NCBI GenBank assembly: GCA_963734495.1
Contig: CAVTHK010000013.1
Coordinates: forward strand, 160,001 to 224,000
Origin: an uncultured Spirochaetota bacterium
GTDB taxonomy: Bacteria > Spirochaetota > Spirochaetia > SZUA-6 > CAVTHK01
Direction of reading: 5' to 3'
Length of the DNA stretch: 64,000 nucleotides
The notes beneath the pieces were generated by a model, which made no database searches, had not been told where the DNA came from, and saw nothing but the letters and a program-made list of their open reading frames with translations. Below, piece after piece: positions 10,507 through 24,781 of this stretch. The position numbers were made by a program, and so were the translations under genes. How positions within the stretch are numbered: position 1 is the first letter of the stretch; every line of letters starts with the position of its first letter.

Positions 10507-13500
10507 ATGAGCGTAGTCAAGACGGTCGTCGGCAGGCCGACGACGCTTATCGTGATGTTCGCCCTTCTCGTCGGGCTCGGGTTCTATGCCTCGACCCGCC
10601 TGGCGATCGACCTCTACCCGGAGATCTCGGCGCCCGTGCTCCTGGTGTTCACCAACTACCCGGGCTCGGGTCCCGAAGAGATCGAAAAGACGATCACCCG
10701 GCCGATGGAAGGCGCCCTGAGCAACGTGAGCAACATCGACAAGATCACGTCCGTCTCCTCGGAGGGCACCAGCCAGATCGTGATGCAGTTCGTGTGGGGC
10801 ACGAACATGAACGAGGCGCCCAACGACGTGCGCGACAAGCTCGAATACGTGCGCACCTTGCTGCCGCCCGAGGCGGAGACGCCGCAGATCTTCAAGTTCG
10901 ACCCCGCGATGATTCCCATCCTCTTCCTCACGATCACCGGCAGCCGCTCGCCCGAGGAGCTGCAGCAGATCGGCGAGAACATCGTGCAGCCCCGCATAGA
11001 GCAGGTCGAAGGCGTCGCGCTGGCGAGCGTGTCCGGCGGCCGCACGCGCGCGGTGATGGTCGAGATCCCGCAGAACCGGCTGGAGGCATACGGCCTCACG
11101 CTCTCCCAGGTGGCGCAGATGCTGCGGGCGCAGAACGTGCAGGTGAGCGCGGGGACCGTCGCCGAGGGCAGCCGGAACTTCCTCGTGCGCACCTCCGGCG
11201 AGTACACGAGCATCGAGCAGATCAAGAACACGGTCGTGGCGTACAAAGGCACGGCTCCCGCCCCCGGCAGGCAGGCGGCCGACGGCTCTTCGGTGGTGCT
11301 CCTCCGCGACATCGCGAACGTCTATGACGGATACAAGAAAGAGGAGACGAGCGTCATCATCAACGGCAAGCCGGGCGTCTACGTCGTGATCCAGAAGCAG
11401 AGCGGGACCAACTCCGTTCGCACGGCTGACAACGTGATCAAGCGCATCAAGCGCATCAACGAGGAGGTGCCCGCGGGCGTCGAGGTGTCCGTGATGCAGG
11501 ACACGACCACGATCATCCGCAACTCGCTCGCGGAGGTCTCCTCGAACGCGATCTCGGGCGCGGTGCTGGCGGTCCTCATCCTCTTTATCTTCCTGCGCAG
11601 CCTCCGATCGACCACCATCATCGGGCTCTCGATCCCGATCTCCGTCATCGTCACGCTCATGCTCATGTACTTCTTCCACCTGACGCTGAACGTCATGACG
11701 CTGGCGGGCCTCGCGCTCGGAGTGGGCATGCTCGTCGACAACTCGATCGTCATCCTCGAGAACATCTACCGCTACCGGGAAAAAGGGGCCAAGCTCACGA
11801 CGGCCGCCATCCTCGGCAGCCGGGAGATGATGCTCGCGATTTCCGCTTCGACCGTTACGACGATCTGCGTGTTCGCGCCGCTGGCGCTCTTTCGCGCGGA
11901 GCTGGGCTTCGTGGGAGAGCTGTTCAGCAGCCTCGCATTCACGGTCGTCATTTCGCTCAGCTGCTCGCTCGCGGTGGCCATCTTTCTCGTGCCGGTGCTG
12001 GCGAGCCATTACCTGCCGATCCGCTCGCGAAAGGACGACCCGCTGCACGGCCTTATCGGCCGAATGGACGCGGCCATGGAGCGCTGGTACCGCGGCATGG
12101 AGGACGCGTACAAGAGAGGCCTCGCCTTCGTTCTCCGCCACCGCCTCCTCACCATCCTGGTCGTGCTGGCCGCCTTTGTGGGGACGCTCTTCCTCATCCC
12201 GCTTGCCGGGTTCGAGTTCCTGCCCACCGCGCAGCAGGATTCGGTCGTGCTCAACGTCGAGCTGCCGGCGGGCACGCGGCTGGACATCACACGCGCGATG
12301 CTCGACCAGGTCGAGAACGTCATCCGCAAGGAGATCAAAGGGTACGACAAGATCCTGACCAACGGCCGGAGAGCGCAGCTTTTTCGGCTTCCTCGGCGCG
12401 GCCCTGTCGCACAAGGGCAACATGACGATCACGCTGCCTCCCTACGACAAGAGGATCGACACGCAGCAGGCCGTCGAGGCCAAGCTGCGGAGCCACTTTA
12501 ACGATTTCCCCTCGGTGAAGTTCTCGTTCGCGCAGCACGGCGGGATGGGCGGCGCGCAACCCGTCGACATCCTCGTCAAGACCGACGACCTCGCGAAGGG
12601 CCGCTCCATCGCGAACCGCATCGTCGAGCTGCTCAAGGACCGGGTCCCGGGCGTGACCGAGCCGAAGACCGACTTTTCCGAAGGTCTGCCGCAGGTGGAG
12701 ATCGTCATCGACAGGGCCAAAGCCATGGCCCTGGGGCTGAACATCGCCTCCATCGGCCAGGAGGTGAGGGCCAACATCGACGGCACGGTGGCCACCCGCT
12801 TCCGAAAGGCGGGGAGCGAGTACGACGTCGTGGCGATCCTCGCGCCCGATGACCGCAACGAGATCCCGGACCTGGATCGTGTATTCGTCGTCAACGCGAC
12901 CGGCGACCGGATCCCCGTCGCGAGCTTCGCGACCCTCGAGCGCTCGACGGGCCCGACCAGCATTCGGCGCGAGAACCAGACGCGGACCATTCACGTCACC
13001 GCCGGGACCGTCCCGCGGGCAAAGATCAACGAGATCGAAGCGAAGGTCCGCTCCCTGCTCGCCGCGGAGATCCCCGCGAGCGACGACGTTGTGATCGAGT
13101 ACTCGGGCGACTACCAGCAATTGATGGACTACGGGACCCAGGTCATCTACATCTTCCTGATCGCGATCGTCCTCGTCTTCGGCGTCATGGCCGCCCAGTT
13201 CGAGAGCTTCCTGGACCCGTTCATCATCTTTTTCACCATCCCGATCTCTTCGATCGGCGTGCTGCTCATCCACATCGCCACCAACGACCGGATGAGCCTG
13301 TTCACGGCGGTCGGGCTCGTCGTGCTGGTGGGGGTGGTCGTCAACAACGGCATCGTTCTCGTGGACTACACCAACCTGCTGCGCAAGCGCGGCTACGGGA
13401 TCTTCGAGGCGTGCGTCGAGGCGGGGGGCAACCGGCTGCGGCCGATCCTGATGACGACCCTCACGACCGTGCTCGGCCTGCTGCCCCTCGCCTTTGTCCA

Positions 13501-13696
13501 GGGCGAGGGCTCCAGCATCGTGCAGCCGATCGGCAAGACCATCCTCGGGGGACTCTCGGTGAGCACGTTCCTCACCCTGTTCCTCATCCCGGTCATCTAC
13601 TCGATCTTCAACCAGGCTTCGGACAGGAGACTGGCTCGCGCCGCGGCGCGGCGGGAACGGACCCGCCGCCGCAGGCTCGAGGAGGTCCGCGCATGA
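10507..13696 (+). CDS. RND efflux permease (AcrB/AcrD/AcrF family), apparent frameshift near 12365
   Basis: GMLVDNSIVILENI, GVVVNNGIVLVD, RLRPILMT across ORFs 10507-12501 and 12422-13696. Confidence 0.93.
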
Positions 13697-13968
13697 GGCG
13701 TATCGAGATCATCGCCAACCGGTCGGTCGAAACCGACGTGATGGAGGCCCTGCGCAGGCACGACGCGGCGCGGTATCACACAAAGGTCCCGACGGCCCAC
13801 GGGGTGGGCAGCTCGGGGCCGCGACAGGGGGACGCGGTCTGGCCCGAGGAGAACTTCGTGCTTATTGTCTACTGCGAGGACGCGGAAGCGCTTCGGGTTC
13901 GCGAGGCGATCGGCGAGGTCAAGAAGCTCTTCCCGGACGAGGGCGTCAAGCTCTTCGAGATGGCGTAA
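13693..13968 (+). CDS. Small PII-like transporter-associated protein (PG0541-like)
   Basis: MRRIEIIAN...HGVGSSGPRQGDAVWPEENF; overlaps the RND permease stop. Confidence 0.75.
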   Translation: MRRIEIIANRSVETDVMEALRRHDAARYHTKVPTAHGVGSSGPRQGDAVWPEENFVLIVYCEDAEALRVREAIGEVKKLFPDEGVKLFEMA

Positions 13969-14012
13969 CCCGCCGCGACCGCCCCCTCTTGTCCTCGAGG
14001 GAGGAGGAGAGA

Positions 14013-14996
14013 CTGAAGGCCATCCAGGTCGAGACGCGCGCCGGACGGCCGGTCCTGGTCTGGGGCCACGCCCCCGATCCGCAGCCGGCTGCCGGCGAGG
14101 TTCTCATCGCCGTCGCCGCCGCCGGCGTCAACCGCGCCGATCTCGCCCAGGCCGCGGGCGGCTACCCCGTCCCGCCCGGCGCGTCGCCGGTGCTCGGGCT
14201 GGAGGTCGCGGGATCGATCGCGTCGCTCGGCCCGGGCGTCTCGGGCGAATGGCGGCCGGGCGACCGCGTCTGCGCCCTGCTCGCCGGCGGCGGCTACGCG
14301 GAACTGGCGGCGGCGGACCAGAGGCTGCTGCTCCGCCTCCCGGACGCCTGGACCTTCGCACAAGGCGCCGCGGTGCCCGAAGCGTGGCTCACGGCCTGGG
14401 TCAACCTGATGATCGAAGGAAGGCTCCGCGCGGGCGAGAGCCTGCTGGTGCACGCCGGCGCGAGCGGGGTCGGCACGGCGGCGATACAGACGGCGCGGCG
14501 GGCCGGGGCGACGGTATACGCGACCGCGGGCGGTGAGGCCAAGATCGCCGTCTGCCGCGAGCTCGGCGCGGCTGCGGCGTTTGACCGCGTGCGCGGCGAC
14601 TTCGCCGAGGCCGTGCTCGCCGCGACCGGCGGCGCGGGAGTCGACCTCGTGCTCGACCCCGTCGGAGGGCCCTACCTGCGCAGCAACGTGCGCGTCCTCA
14701 AGGAGCACGGCCGTCTCGTGAGCATTGGCCTGCTCGGAGGCCGCAGCGGCGAGCTCGACCTCTCGGCGGTGCTCGGCCGCAGCCTCGAGATCCGCGGCTC
14801 GCGCCTGCGCCCCCGCCCGCTCTCCGAAAAGGCGCTCATCGTGCAGGGGTTCGCGCGCAACGTGTGGCCCGCGCTGCTTGCCGGAGAGCTGCGGCTGATC
14901 GTCGACCGGGCCTTCCCGATGGCCGAGGCCGGCGCCGCGCACGACTACGTCCGGGCCAACCGCAATACGGGCAAGGTGATCCTGTCGGCCCCTTGA
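14013..14996 (+). CDS. NAD(P)H-quinone oxidoreductase, PIG3 family
   Basis: AGVNRADL, LGLEVAG, HAGASGVG, GKVIL; start uncertain (CTG 14013 after GAGGAGG, or TTG 13989). Confidence 0.9.
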   Translation: MKAIQVETRAGRPVLVWGHAPDPQPAAGEVLIAVAAAGVNRADLAQAAGGYPVPPGASPVLGLEVAGSIASLGPGVSGEWRPGDRVCALLAGGGYAELAAADQRLLLRLPDAWTFAQGAAVPEAWLTAWVNLMIEGRLRAGESLLVHAGASGVGTAAIQTARRAGATVYATAGGEAKIAVCRELGAAAAFDRVRGDFAEAVLAATGGAGVDLVLDPVGGPYLRSNVRVLKEHGRLVSIGLLGGRSGELDLSAVLGRSLEIRGSRLRPRPLSEKALIVQGFARNVWPALLAGELRLIVDRAFPMAEAGAAHDYVRANRNTGKVILSAP

Positions 14997-15023
14997 CCCC
15001 GCGCTCGCCAGGGCGCGTGTCGC

Positions 15024-15052
15024 TTGACCCCGACCAGCGCTGCGGATAGCGT
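15024..15052 (+). promoter_or_regulatory. Sigma70-type promoter for purU, leaderless geometry
   Basis: TTGACC-17-TAGCGT, 6 nt before ATG 15059, no SD. Confidence 0.6.
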
Positions 15053-15058
15053 CTCCGG

Positions 15059-15910
15059 ATGAGCGAAGTGATCCTCCTGATGACGTGCCCCGACCGAACG
15101 GGCATCGTCGCCAGGACCACGATGCTTCTCTACGGCATCAACGCCAACGTGCTCAAGCTCGAGCAGCACGTCGAGGGCACCGGCCAGTTCTTCATGCGCA
15201 TCCACGCCGACACGACAGCCATCGACATCGACGCGGAGGAGTTCGTCCGCCGGATCGAGGCGCTCTCGCGCGAGCTCGAGGCGAAGATCTCGCTGCACGA
15301 CCCCGCGGCGGTCCAGCGGATAGCGATCATGGTCAGCCGCGAGGACGCCTGCCTCTGGGAGCTGCTGCTCAAACAGCGCTCGGGGGACCTGCAGGGCGAG
15401 GTGCGGCTGATCGTCAGCAATCACGACGAGCTGCGCCCCATCGCGAACGGGTTCGGCCTCCCGTTCCGCTGCCTGCCCGTGACGGCGGACACCCGGGAGA
15501 AGCAGGAGCTCGCCGTCCGCGAGCTGCTGCGCTCCGAGTCGATCGACGTCATCGTGCTGGCCCGCTACATGCAGATCCTGAGCCCCGCGTTCGTCGCGGA
15601 GTACGCCGGGCGGATCATCAACATCCACCACGGCTTCCTGCCGGCGTTCAAAGGCGCGCGGCCGTATCACCGCGCCTGGGAGCGCGGCGTAAAGATCATC
15701 GGGGCCACCGCCCACTACGTCACGGAGAACCTGGACGAAGGCCCGATCATCGACCAGGACGTGATCTCGGTCTCGCACCAGCACTCCGTGGCCGAGATGA
15801 TCGCGCGGGGCAGCGACATCGAGCGGCGCGTGCTCCTGAACGCGGTCCAGGCGCACCTGCAGCACCGCATCATCATCCACAACAACCGCACGATCATCTT
15901 CCACCCGTAG
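15059..15910 (+). CDS. purU: Formyltetrahydrofolate deformylase
   Basis: ACT domain CPDRTGIVA, LARYMQIL, INIHHGFLPAFKGARPY, DEGPIIDQ. Confidence 0.96.
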   Translation: MSEVILLMTCPDRTGIVARTTMLLYGINANVLKLEQHVEGTGQFFMRIHADTTAIDIDAEEFVRRIEALSRELEAKISLHDPAAVQRIAIMVSREDACLWELLLKQRSGDLQGEVRLIVSNHDELRPIANGFGLPFRCLPVTADTREKQELAVRELLRSESIDVIVLARYMQILSPAFVAEYAGRIINIHHGFLPAFKGARPYHRAWERGVKIIGATAHYVTENLDEGPIIDQDVISVSHQHSVAEMIARGSDIERRVLLNAVQAHLQHRIIIHNNRTIIFHP

Positions 15911-15955
15911 AGCTCGCGAGCGCGGGAGGCGCGGGCCAGGCCGGCGCGCCCGGGC

Positions 15956-16912
15956 TTACGAGGCGAAGTCCTCGAGGAGGCGCTCGAGGATCACGCGCCG
16001 GGCCTCGGCCACGGACGACCTCGCCACGTAGCCGGCGGCGGGCCTGTGTCCGCCTCCCCCGAGAGCTTTGGCCACGATGCTCACGTCGTAGCCGTCGCTC
16101 GAGCGCAGGCTCACCGAGCATTCCGACGGCGCATCCTCTTTGATGAGAACCACGACCTCGCACCCGCGGATCATCTGCAGGTACTGGTAGAGCTCGTTCA
16201 GGCCGCGGGAGGTCCCGCCGGTCTCCTGCACGTCGACGAGCGAGACCCACGAGAGAAGGACCCGTCCGTCGGCGTGGCTTTCGGTGCGGTCGAGGAGCCG
16301 GCCGAGCAGCCTGGTCTGCCCGAGGCTGCGGCCGCCGTAGATCTCGCGATAGGACCGCAGCGGAGAGGCGCCGTTCTCCACCAGCCGCGCGACCTCCCTG
16401 AGGGCGGTCGCGCCGCTCTCGTCGACGTGGCGGAAGAAGCCCGTGTCCGTGCAGAATCCGAGGAGCAGGAGCTGCGCCTCCTCCGGCGTCGGCCGCATCT
16501 CGAACGACTCGATGAGCCGGAGCACGAGCAGCGAGGCGGACGCGGCTTTCTTGTCGACGAAGAGGGCGTCGCCGAAGGGCTCGGCGGACGCATGGTGATC
16601 GATGACCAGCGTCGGCAGGCCCTGCGCGAACCGGCCCGGGGCCCCGACCCGATCGAGGCTCGCGCAATCGACGAGCATCGCTGCCGCGCCGGCCAGGGAA
16701 GCCGGATCGACGGCCTGGACAAACTCGGCGGCGAAGCTCCTGATCTCCGGACGCTCGAAAGGCCCCTCGGAGAGGCACACCGCCGACTTGCCGAGCCGCC
16801 CGAGCCACGAGCGCAGGACGAGCTGCGACCCGAGGCAATCGGCGTCGGGGTCCGAGTGGCCGAGGAGCAGGAAGTGACTGTGCTCTTCGATGAAGGCCCG
16901 GGGGTCGGTCAC
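15956..16912 (-). CDS. nrnA: DHH family phosphoesterase (oligoribonuclease/PAP phosphatase NrnA)
   Basis: HSDPDADCLGS, IDHH, TDTGFF, GGGGH. Confidence 0.88.
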   Translation of the reverse strand: MTDPRAFIEEHSHFLLLGHSDPDADCLGSQLVLRSWLGRLGKSAVCLSEGPFERPEIRSFAAEFVQAVDPASLAGAAAMLVDCASLDRVGAPGRFAQGLPTLVIDHHASAEPFGDALFVDKKAASASLLVLRLIESFEMRPTPEEAQLLLLGFCTDTGFFRHVDESGATALREVARLVENGASPLRSYREIYGGRSLGQTRLLGRLLDRTESHADGRVLLSWVSLVDVQETGGTSRGLNELYQYLQMIRGCEVVVLIKEDAPSECSVSLRSSDGYDVSIVAKALGGGGHRPAAGYVARSSVAEARRVILERLLEDFAS

Positions 16913-16961
16913 TGGTGCAACGGGAGGACGCCGCCCGCCGCGGACGGCGGCGCTCCGCGGA

Positions 16962-17372
16962 CTACTCCGACTCCAGCTTCGGCTCGTCGACCTTGAAGTG
17001 CTGCTCGGCCTCCGCCTGCGGCTCCTTGAGCACGCCCCAGGTGTACGCCTGGATGTCCTGGACCAGGAACAGCTTGATGTGGCTGAACTTCCCGTTGATC
17101 CAGTAGATCGACATGTAGGGAAACTGGGGGCCGCTGCCGTAGGTGATCGACGCCTTGCCGCCGGCCTGAAGGAACCACTCGGCCGGGACGTAGAAGCTGT
17201 CAACGCCTCCGCGGTTGGTCTGGTAGAAGACCTTGTACCCCAGCGCGTGGGTAAAGACCTTGACCACGGGAATCGTACGGACATAGATACTCTCGTTGTC
17301 TTTGGGCCGGCCCTGCGCGAACACGGACAGGCAGAGGGCCAGAAGAGCGACCACGAGGGCGAGCCTTCTCAT
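16962..17372 (-). CDS. Hypothetical exported protein
   Basis: SD AGGAGG, signal peptide MRRLALVVALLALCLSVFA, protein-like composition. Confidence 0.75.
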   Translation of the reverse strand: MRRLALVVALLALCLSVFAQGRPKDNESIYVRTIPVVKVFTHALGYKVFYQTNRGGVDSFYVPAEWFLQAGGKASITYGSGPQFPYMSIYWINGKFSHIKLFLVQDIQAYTWGVLKEPQAEAEQHFKVDEPKLESE

Positions 17373-17575
17373 CCATCTCCTCCTTCGAGAGTATACCACC
17401 GCGGCGTTCGCCGCACTCCCGGGGACGCGAGGAAGACCGTCACGAATTATACCCGCCGCTCGTCCCCCATAGCAAGCGCTTTTCCGGCCTGAGGGCCGCC
17501 GTGGGGGTCGCCGGGGACCGCCGCGCGAAGCCGCGGGCTCACCGCGCGCGGGCGGGATCGGCCGCGCGAAGCCCT

Positions 17576-19231
<1,656 letters not shown>

Positions 19232-19266
19232 GGCGTGGCCTCCGTGCGGCGATCCGGTCGCCGCCG

Positions 19267-19749
19267 TCAGTACTTGTACCCGAATCGGCGCAGCAGCGCC
19301 TTGCGCTCTTCCCTGTCCTTCGCGCTCTCGACGCCCCTGGGCGCCGAGCCGTCGATGACGCCGACGATGCCGCCGCCCTGCTCGCTGCGCGCGACCAGCA
19401 CCTGCAGCGGGTTGGAGGTGGCGCAGAACACGCGGCACACCTCCTGGCAGGCCTTGACGGCGTTCAGCAGGTTGATCGGGAAGGCTTTGCGCAGGACCAG
19501 GTAGAAGGTGTGCCCGGCGCCCACCGCCCGGGCGCACGCGGTGGCGTCGGCGACGAGGTCCGCGGCGTTGCCCTCCGTGCGGATCAGGCACGGGCCCGAG
19601 GCCTCGCAGAACGCCAGCCCGAACTCCACCCCGGGCACCGCGGAGACGACGATCTCCGCCAGGTCCTCCACGGTCTTGATGAAGTGCGACTGGCCGACCA
19701 CGATGTTGCAGCCCTCCGACCACTTGAGAGCGACCGCCTGGACTTCCAT
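19267..19749 (-). CDS. Adenosine-specific kinase family protein (DUF355)
   Basis: [30 protein letters not shown] terminus. Confidence 0.85.
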   Translation of the reverse strand: MEVQAVALKWSEGCNIVVGQSHFIKTVEDLAEIVVSAVPGVEFGLAFCEASGPCLIRTEGNAADLVADATACARAVGAGHTFYLVLRKAFPINLLNAVKACQEVCRVFCATSNPLQVLVARSEQGGGIVGVIDGSAPRGVESAKDREERKALLRRFGYKY

Positions 19750-19883
19750 GCCCACCTCCCGCGCGCCTCTTCATTCTACCATCCGACCGCGGCCTCCGGC
19801 TATCTCGCCGCCCCGGCCGTCCCGCGCGTTTGATGGCGGCCGACGCGCCGTGGTAGTCTCATGCCGCGAGGAGGCACGTTTCC

Positions 19884-21227
<1,344 letters not shown>

Positions 21228-21239
21228 GGCGCGGGGCGC

Positions 21240-21270
21240 GCGCCTGCCGCGGTCCGACCCCGGCAGGCGC
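21240..21270 (+). terminator. GC-rich hairpin after the GH1 gene
   Basis: GCGCCTGCCG-11 nt-CGGCAGGCGC perfect 10-bp stem; no U-tract. Confidence 0.5.
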
Positions 21271-21291
21271 TGCGCCCCTTCGGCTGAGGCT

Positions 21292-21435
21292 GCGCCTCGG
21301 CGGAGCCCCCGCTTCGGCTCAGCCGCCTCGCGTGCTACCGCGCCTCGGCGGAGCCCCTCTTCGGCTCCGCCGCCTCGCCTGCTGCCGCGCCTCGGCGGAG
21401 CCCCTCTTCGGCTCCGCCGCCTCGGCGGAGCCCCC
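21292..21435. repeat. Tandem REP-like palindromic repeats (3 full units of 47-48 bp plus a partial unit)
   Basis: Units start at 21292, 21340, 21387 (partial at 21419); core GGCGGAGCC-loop-GGCTCCGCC. Confidence 0.85.
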
Positions 21436-21437
21436 CT

Positions 21438-21595
21438 TCATTTTCCCTTCCGGGCTCTGAACATCCGTTCCAGGACGACGATCGACACGAAGAACGCGGC
21501 GATCACCACGAAGACGCCGGCAAACCCGGCGATCGCGAGAAACAGCCCCTGGCCCAGCACGCTCTGGCTTTTCACGAAAGCGATCAGCTCGTCAT
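21438..21595 (-). CDS. Small single-TM OadG-like (decarboxylase gamma-type) protein; start disrupted by an apparent 1-bp deletion
   Basis: DELIAFVKSQSVLGQGLFLAIAGFAGVFVVIAAFFVSIVVLERMFRARKGK directly after oadB; not in the ORF track. Confidence 0.65.
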
Positions 21596-21599
21596 CGGC

Positions 21600-22832
21600 T
21601 CACCCCAGGACGATCGGCGCCAGGGCCAGCAGGACGCCGCCGGCAACCACCGAGCCGAGCTGGCCCGAGACGTTCGCGCTGACCGCCTGCATCAGGATCC
21701 AGGTCTGGTTGTCCTCCGCCTGCGCCATCTTGTGAACCACGCGCGCCGACATCGGGAACGCCGAGATGCCGGCCGCCCCGATCATCGGGTTCACCTTTGT
21801 CCTCGCGAATACGTTGTAGAGCTTGGCGATCATCACGCCTCCGGCGGTATCGAAGATGAAAGCCCCGAGACCGAGGCTCAGGATCATCAGGGTCTCGAGC
21901 CTTATGAACTTGTCGGAGGTCATCGAGCTGCCGATGGTCACGCCGAGCAGGAGGGTGACCAGGTTCGCCAGCTCGTTCTGCGCCGCCTTCGAGAGCCGGT
22001 CGAGCACGCCGCTCTCCCGGATGAGATTGCCCAGCATGAGGAATCCGACCAGCGGGAACGCTGATCGGCGCGATGAGCGCGGAGACGAACGTGACGACGA
22101 TCGGGAAAGGCGACGCGGGCGGCCCGCGACACGTCGGCCTCGTGGTAGCTCATCTTGATCCTTCGCTCCTCGCGCGACGTGAGCAGCCGCACGATGGGCG
22201 GCTGGATGAGAGGGACGAGCGCCATGTAGGAGTAGGCGGCGACCGAGATCGGCCCCAGGAGGTTTCGGGCCAGCCTCGTGGCCACGTAGATCGACGTCGG
22301 GCCGTCGGCGGCCCCGATGATGCTGATGGCGATCGCGTGGTTCATGCGCGAAGCCGAGCAGGATCGCTATGATGAGCGTCGCGAAGATTCCGAACTGCGC
22401 GGCCGCGCCGAAAAAGATCATCTGGGGCATCTTGAACAGCGGCGTAAAGTCGCACATCGCGCCGATCGCGATGAAGATCAGCACGGGAAACAGCTCCGTG
22501 ATGATCCCCGCGTTGAACAGGATCGACAGCACGCCCGGCTCGGTGCTGTACGCCCGGCCGCTCTCGAACACGTAGTGCAGCGTGCGCTCGAAGAACTCGC
22601 GCGCGTCCGGGTTCGCCGCCACGAACCTCGTCACGAACGGGTCGAGCGACCTGCCGGCCGTGAGCACGACCGACAGCGGCAGGTTCACGAGGATGGCGCC
22701 GAAGCCGATGGGCAGCAGCAGCATCGGCTCGTACTCCTTCTTCACGGCCAGGACGATGAGCGTGAGGCCCACCACGTACATGATGAGCTGCTGCCAGGTC
22801 GGAAAAGCGAATTGCAGAGCCATGGGATCCAT
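21600..22832 (-). CDS. oadB: Na+-translocating decarboxylase beta subunit, apparent frameshifts near 22345 and 22080
   Basis: [55 protein letters not shown]. Confidence 0.92.
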   Translation of the reverse strand: MDPMALQFAFPTWQQLIMYVVGLTLIVLAVKKEYEPMLLLPIGFGAILVNLPLSVVLTAGRSLDPFVTRFVAANPDAREFFERTLHYVFESGRAYSTEPGVLSILFNAGIITELFPVLIFIAIGAMCDFTPLFKMPQMIFFGAAAQFGIFATLIIAILLGFAHEPRDRHQHHRGRRRPDVDLRGHEAGPKPPGADLGRRLLLHGARPSHPAAHRAAAHVARGAKDQDELPRGRRVAGRPRRLSRSSSRSSPRSSRRSAFPLVGFLMLGNLIRESGVLDRLSKAAQNELANLVTLLLGVTIGSSMTSDKFIRLETLMILSLGLGAFIFDTAGGVMIAKLYNVFARTKVNPMIGAAGISAFPMSARVVHKMAQAEDNQTWILMQAVSANVSGQLGSVVAGGVLLALAPIVLG

Positions 22833-23061
22833 TCAGCACCCCCAGGAGAGATGGCGCGCGGCCGTCGCCGGCGGCCCCGACGGCCCGGCGGCGACATGAT
22901 CAGCGTGCCGGCACGAACGACCGCGGCAGGAAGCCGCGCTGCGGTGTTCACGGTCCGTTCCCTTTCGACGATCCGCGGGAGGCTCTGGAGCCTGTCGGAC
23001 CTGCGGCTGACCGCCGTTCCCGCCGATACCGCGGGTCTGGGCACGGCGGACCGTGCCCGAT

Positions 23062-24779
23062 CTACCCGGAAGCCATCAGGAGGTCCAGGTCGATCTCGAG
23101 GCAGGCCGTCGGCATGACGATCCCCCAGTTGGCGAGCACCTCGGGGTGGACTTCGCCGAGGAGACCGACCCGACGGCCCCCGCACGAGGACCTCGGCGGT
23201 CCGCCCCTCGACAGGCGCGGGATCGACCGCCGGCCTCAGCTCGAGCTCGCGCACGAGATAGTAGAAGAGGGCGCCGACGACAGGCGTGACCTCGTTGAGC
23301 CCGGCACCGCGATCCGCCCAGAGCGCGCCCAGCGTGTTGCGGGTCACGCAGCCGCTCGGGTCTGAGCTCGTCGCGAAACGCCACCTTCCCGACCTCGAAG
23401 ATGCGGTGCGGGTACACGGCGTTCGCCGGACGCGGCCTCGGACGTGAGCAGGTGCGCCAGGGTCGAGTTGCGGACGACCGCGTAGTTCTCGGTCATCGGA
23501 TTCGAGATCTCGATCACGCTTCTCGCCGGACAGGCGCATCTTCTCGACGAAGTCCTTCCACGAGCCCAGGTAGTTGTAGATCATCTCCTGGAAACCGAGG
23601 CCCACCATCACGTCGCGCGCCCTGCGCACGAAGACCTCCGCGTCGGAGAGCCGGCCGATCGTGTAGTCCCGCGGCATCTCGGGCTCGAAGCTCGTCAGGC
23701 CGCGGGCGATCACGGCCTCCTCGGCGACGTCCACCGGGTGCAGGAAGTCGTTGCGGTAGGCGGGAGGCGTGACGACGACGCTCCTGCCCTGCGACCGCGA
23801 CCGCGTGCCCGTGCTTGCGAAGGAGCGTCGCCAGGCTCGCGGGCGCTCGATCTTTTCGCCGAGCAGCCGGCTCGCGAAATCGGCCTCGAGGGCCTGCGGC
23901 TTCTGGAAGTACAGCGGGCGTGACCGTTTCGCGGCCGTAGGGGGTCTCGTAGGGATAGACGATCCTGACCGGCAGGATCTCGAACCCCATGTCGGCGAGG
24001 TCGCACGCCGCGATCGAAGTCGCGAGCAGGAGCGAGTTGATCTCCGTGCCGGTGAGCTCGATGAACAGGCTGCGTGTCGCCGACCTCCACGGCGCCCGAG
24101 GCGCGCGCTGTTGATGATCGGGGGAAACGACAGGACCTCGCCCGCGGAGTCCTCGAGGAACGGGTAGCGCTCGAGCCCTTCGAGCGCGAAGGCGAACTCG
24201 ATCCCCTTGGGGTGGCGCTCGAGGATCTGCGTGAGGCTGAGGGTCTCGCTCATCCCCAGCGGGACGAACCGCGTCGCTGTCGGGATCGACGGCGCGGTAG
24301 CGCACGGGGTAGCGCACGAGGTCCGCCCGGTAGTACCCCATGGCGATGCCCTTGCGCTTGCTGGCCGTAGTTCCAGCAGAGCTTCTCCTGGGTCTGGATG
24401 ATGTCCTTGAGCTGCTCATCGCTGATCGCCGGGCCCCTGCGCGACGAACGCGGCGATGTACGGTCGGATCGTCGCGCAGGCCGCGGTCCACCGTGACGAC
24501 GCGCTCGCCGGCGTCGAGCGCCGACTCCGGCGTCGAGAGGAACTGGTAGACCGGCGCCTTGCCCCCGCGCTGCAGCCGCAGCTCGCGGGCGAGCCCGGCG
24601 GTCGACCACAGGTCGGGCCTGTTCGTGTCGTTGAGCTCGATCCTGAGCAGGCCCTTGTCGGGCTCGCGGCCGTCGAGCTGGGCCTTGGCGGACTGCAGCA
24701 GGTCCTCGAACGCATCGCCTTCGATCCGCTCCCCGAGCAGCCGGTAGAAGGGTGTCTCGTAGACGTCGATCTTGGGCAT
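23062..24779 (-). CDS. pheT: Phenylalanyl-tRNA synthetase beta subunit, archaeal/spirochaete type, multiple apparent frameshifts
   Basis: MPKIDV, ELNDTNRPDLWS, VLSFPPIINS, PAYRNDFLHPVDVAEE, YPHRIFEVGKV. Confidence 0.9.
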
Positions 24780-24781
24780 CG

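Noticed and set aside
12360-12425. Programmed frameshift or naturally split RND permease
   Set aside because: No convincing slippery site, and many similar breaks across the window favour a sequencing error.
21292-21435. CRISPR array
   Set aside because: Linkers are short and near-identical rather than unique spacers, and no cas genes are present.
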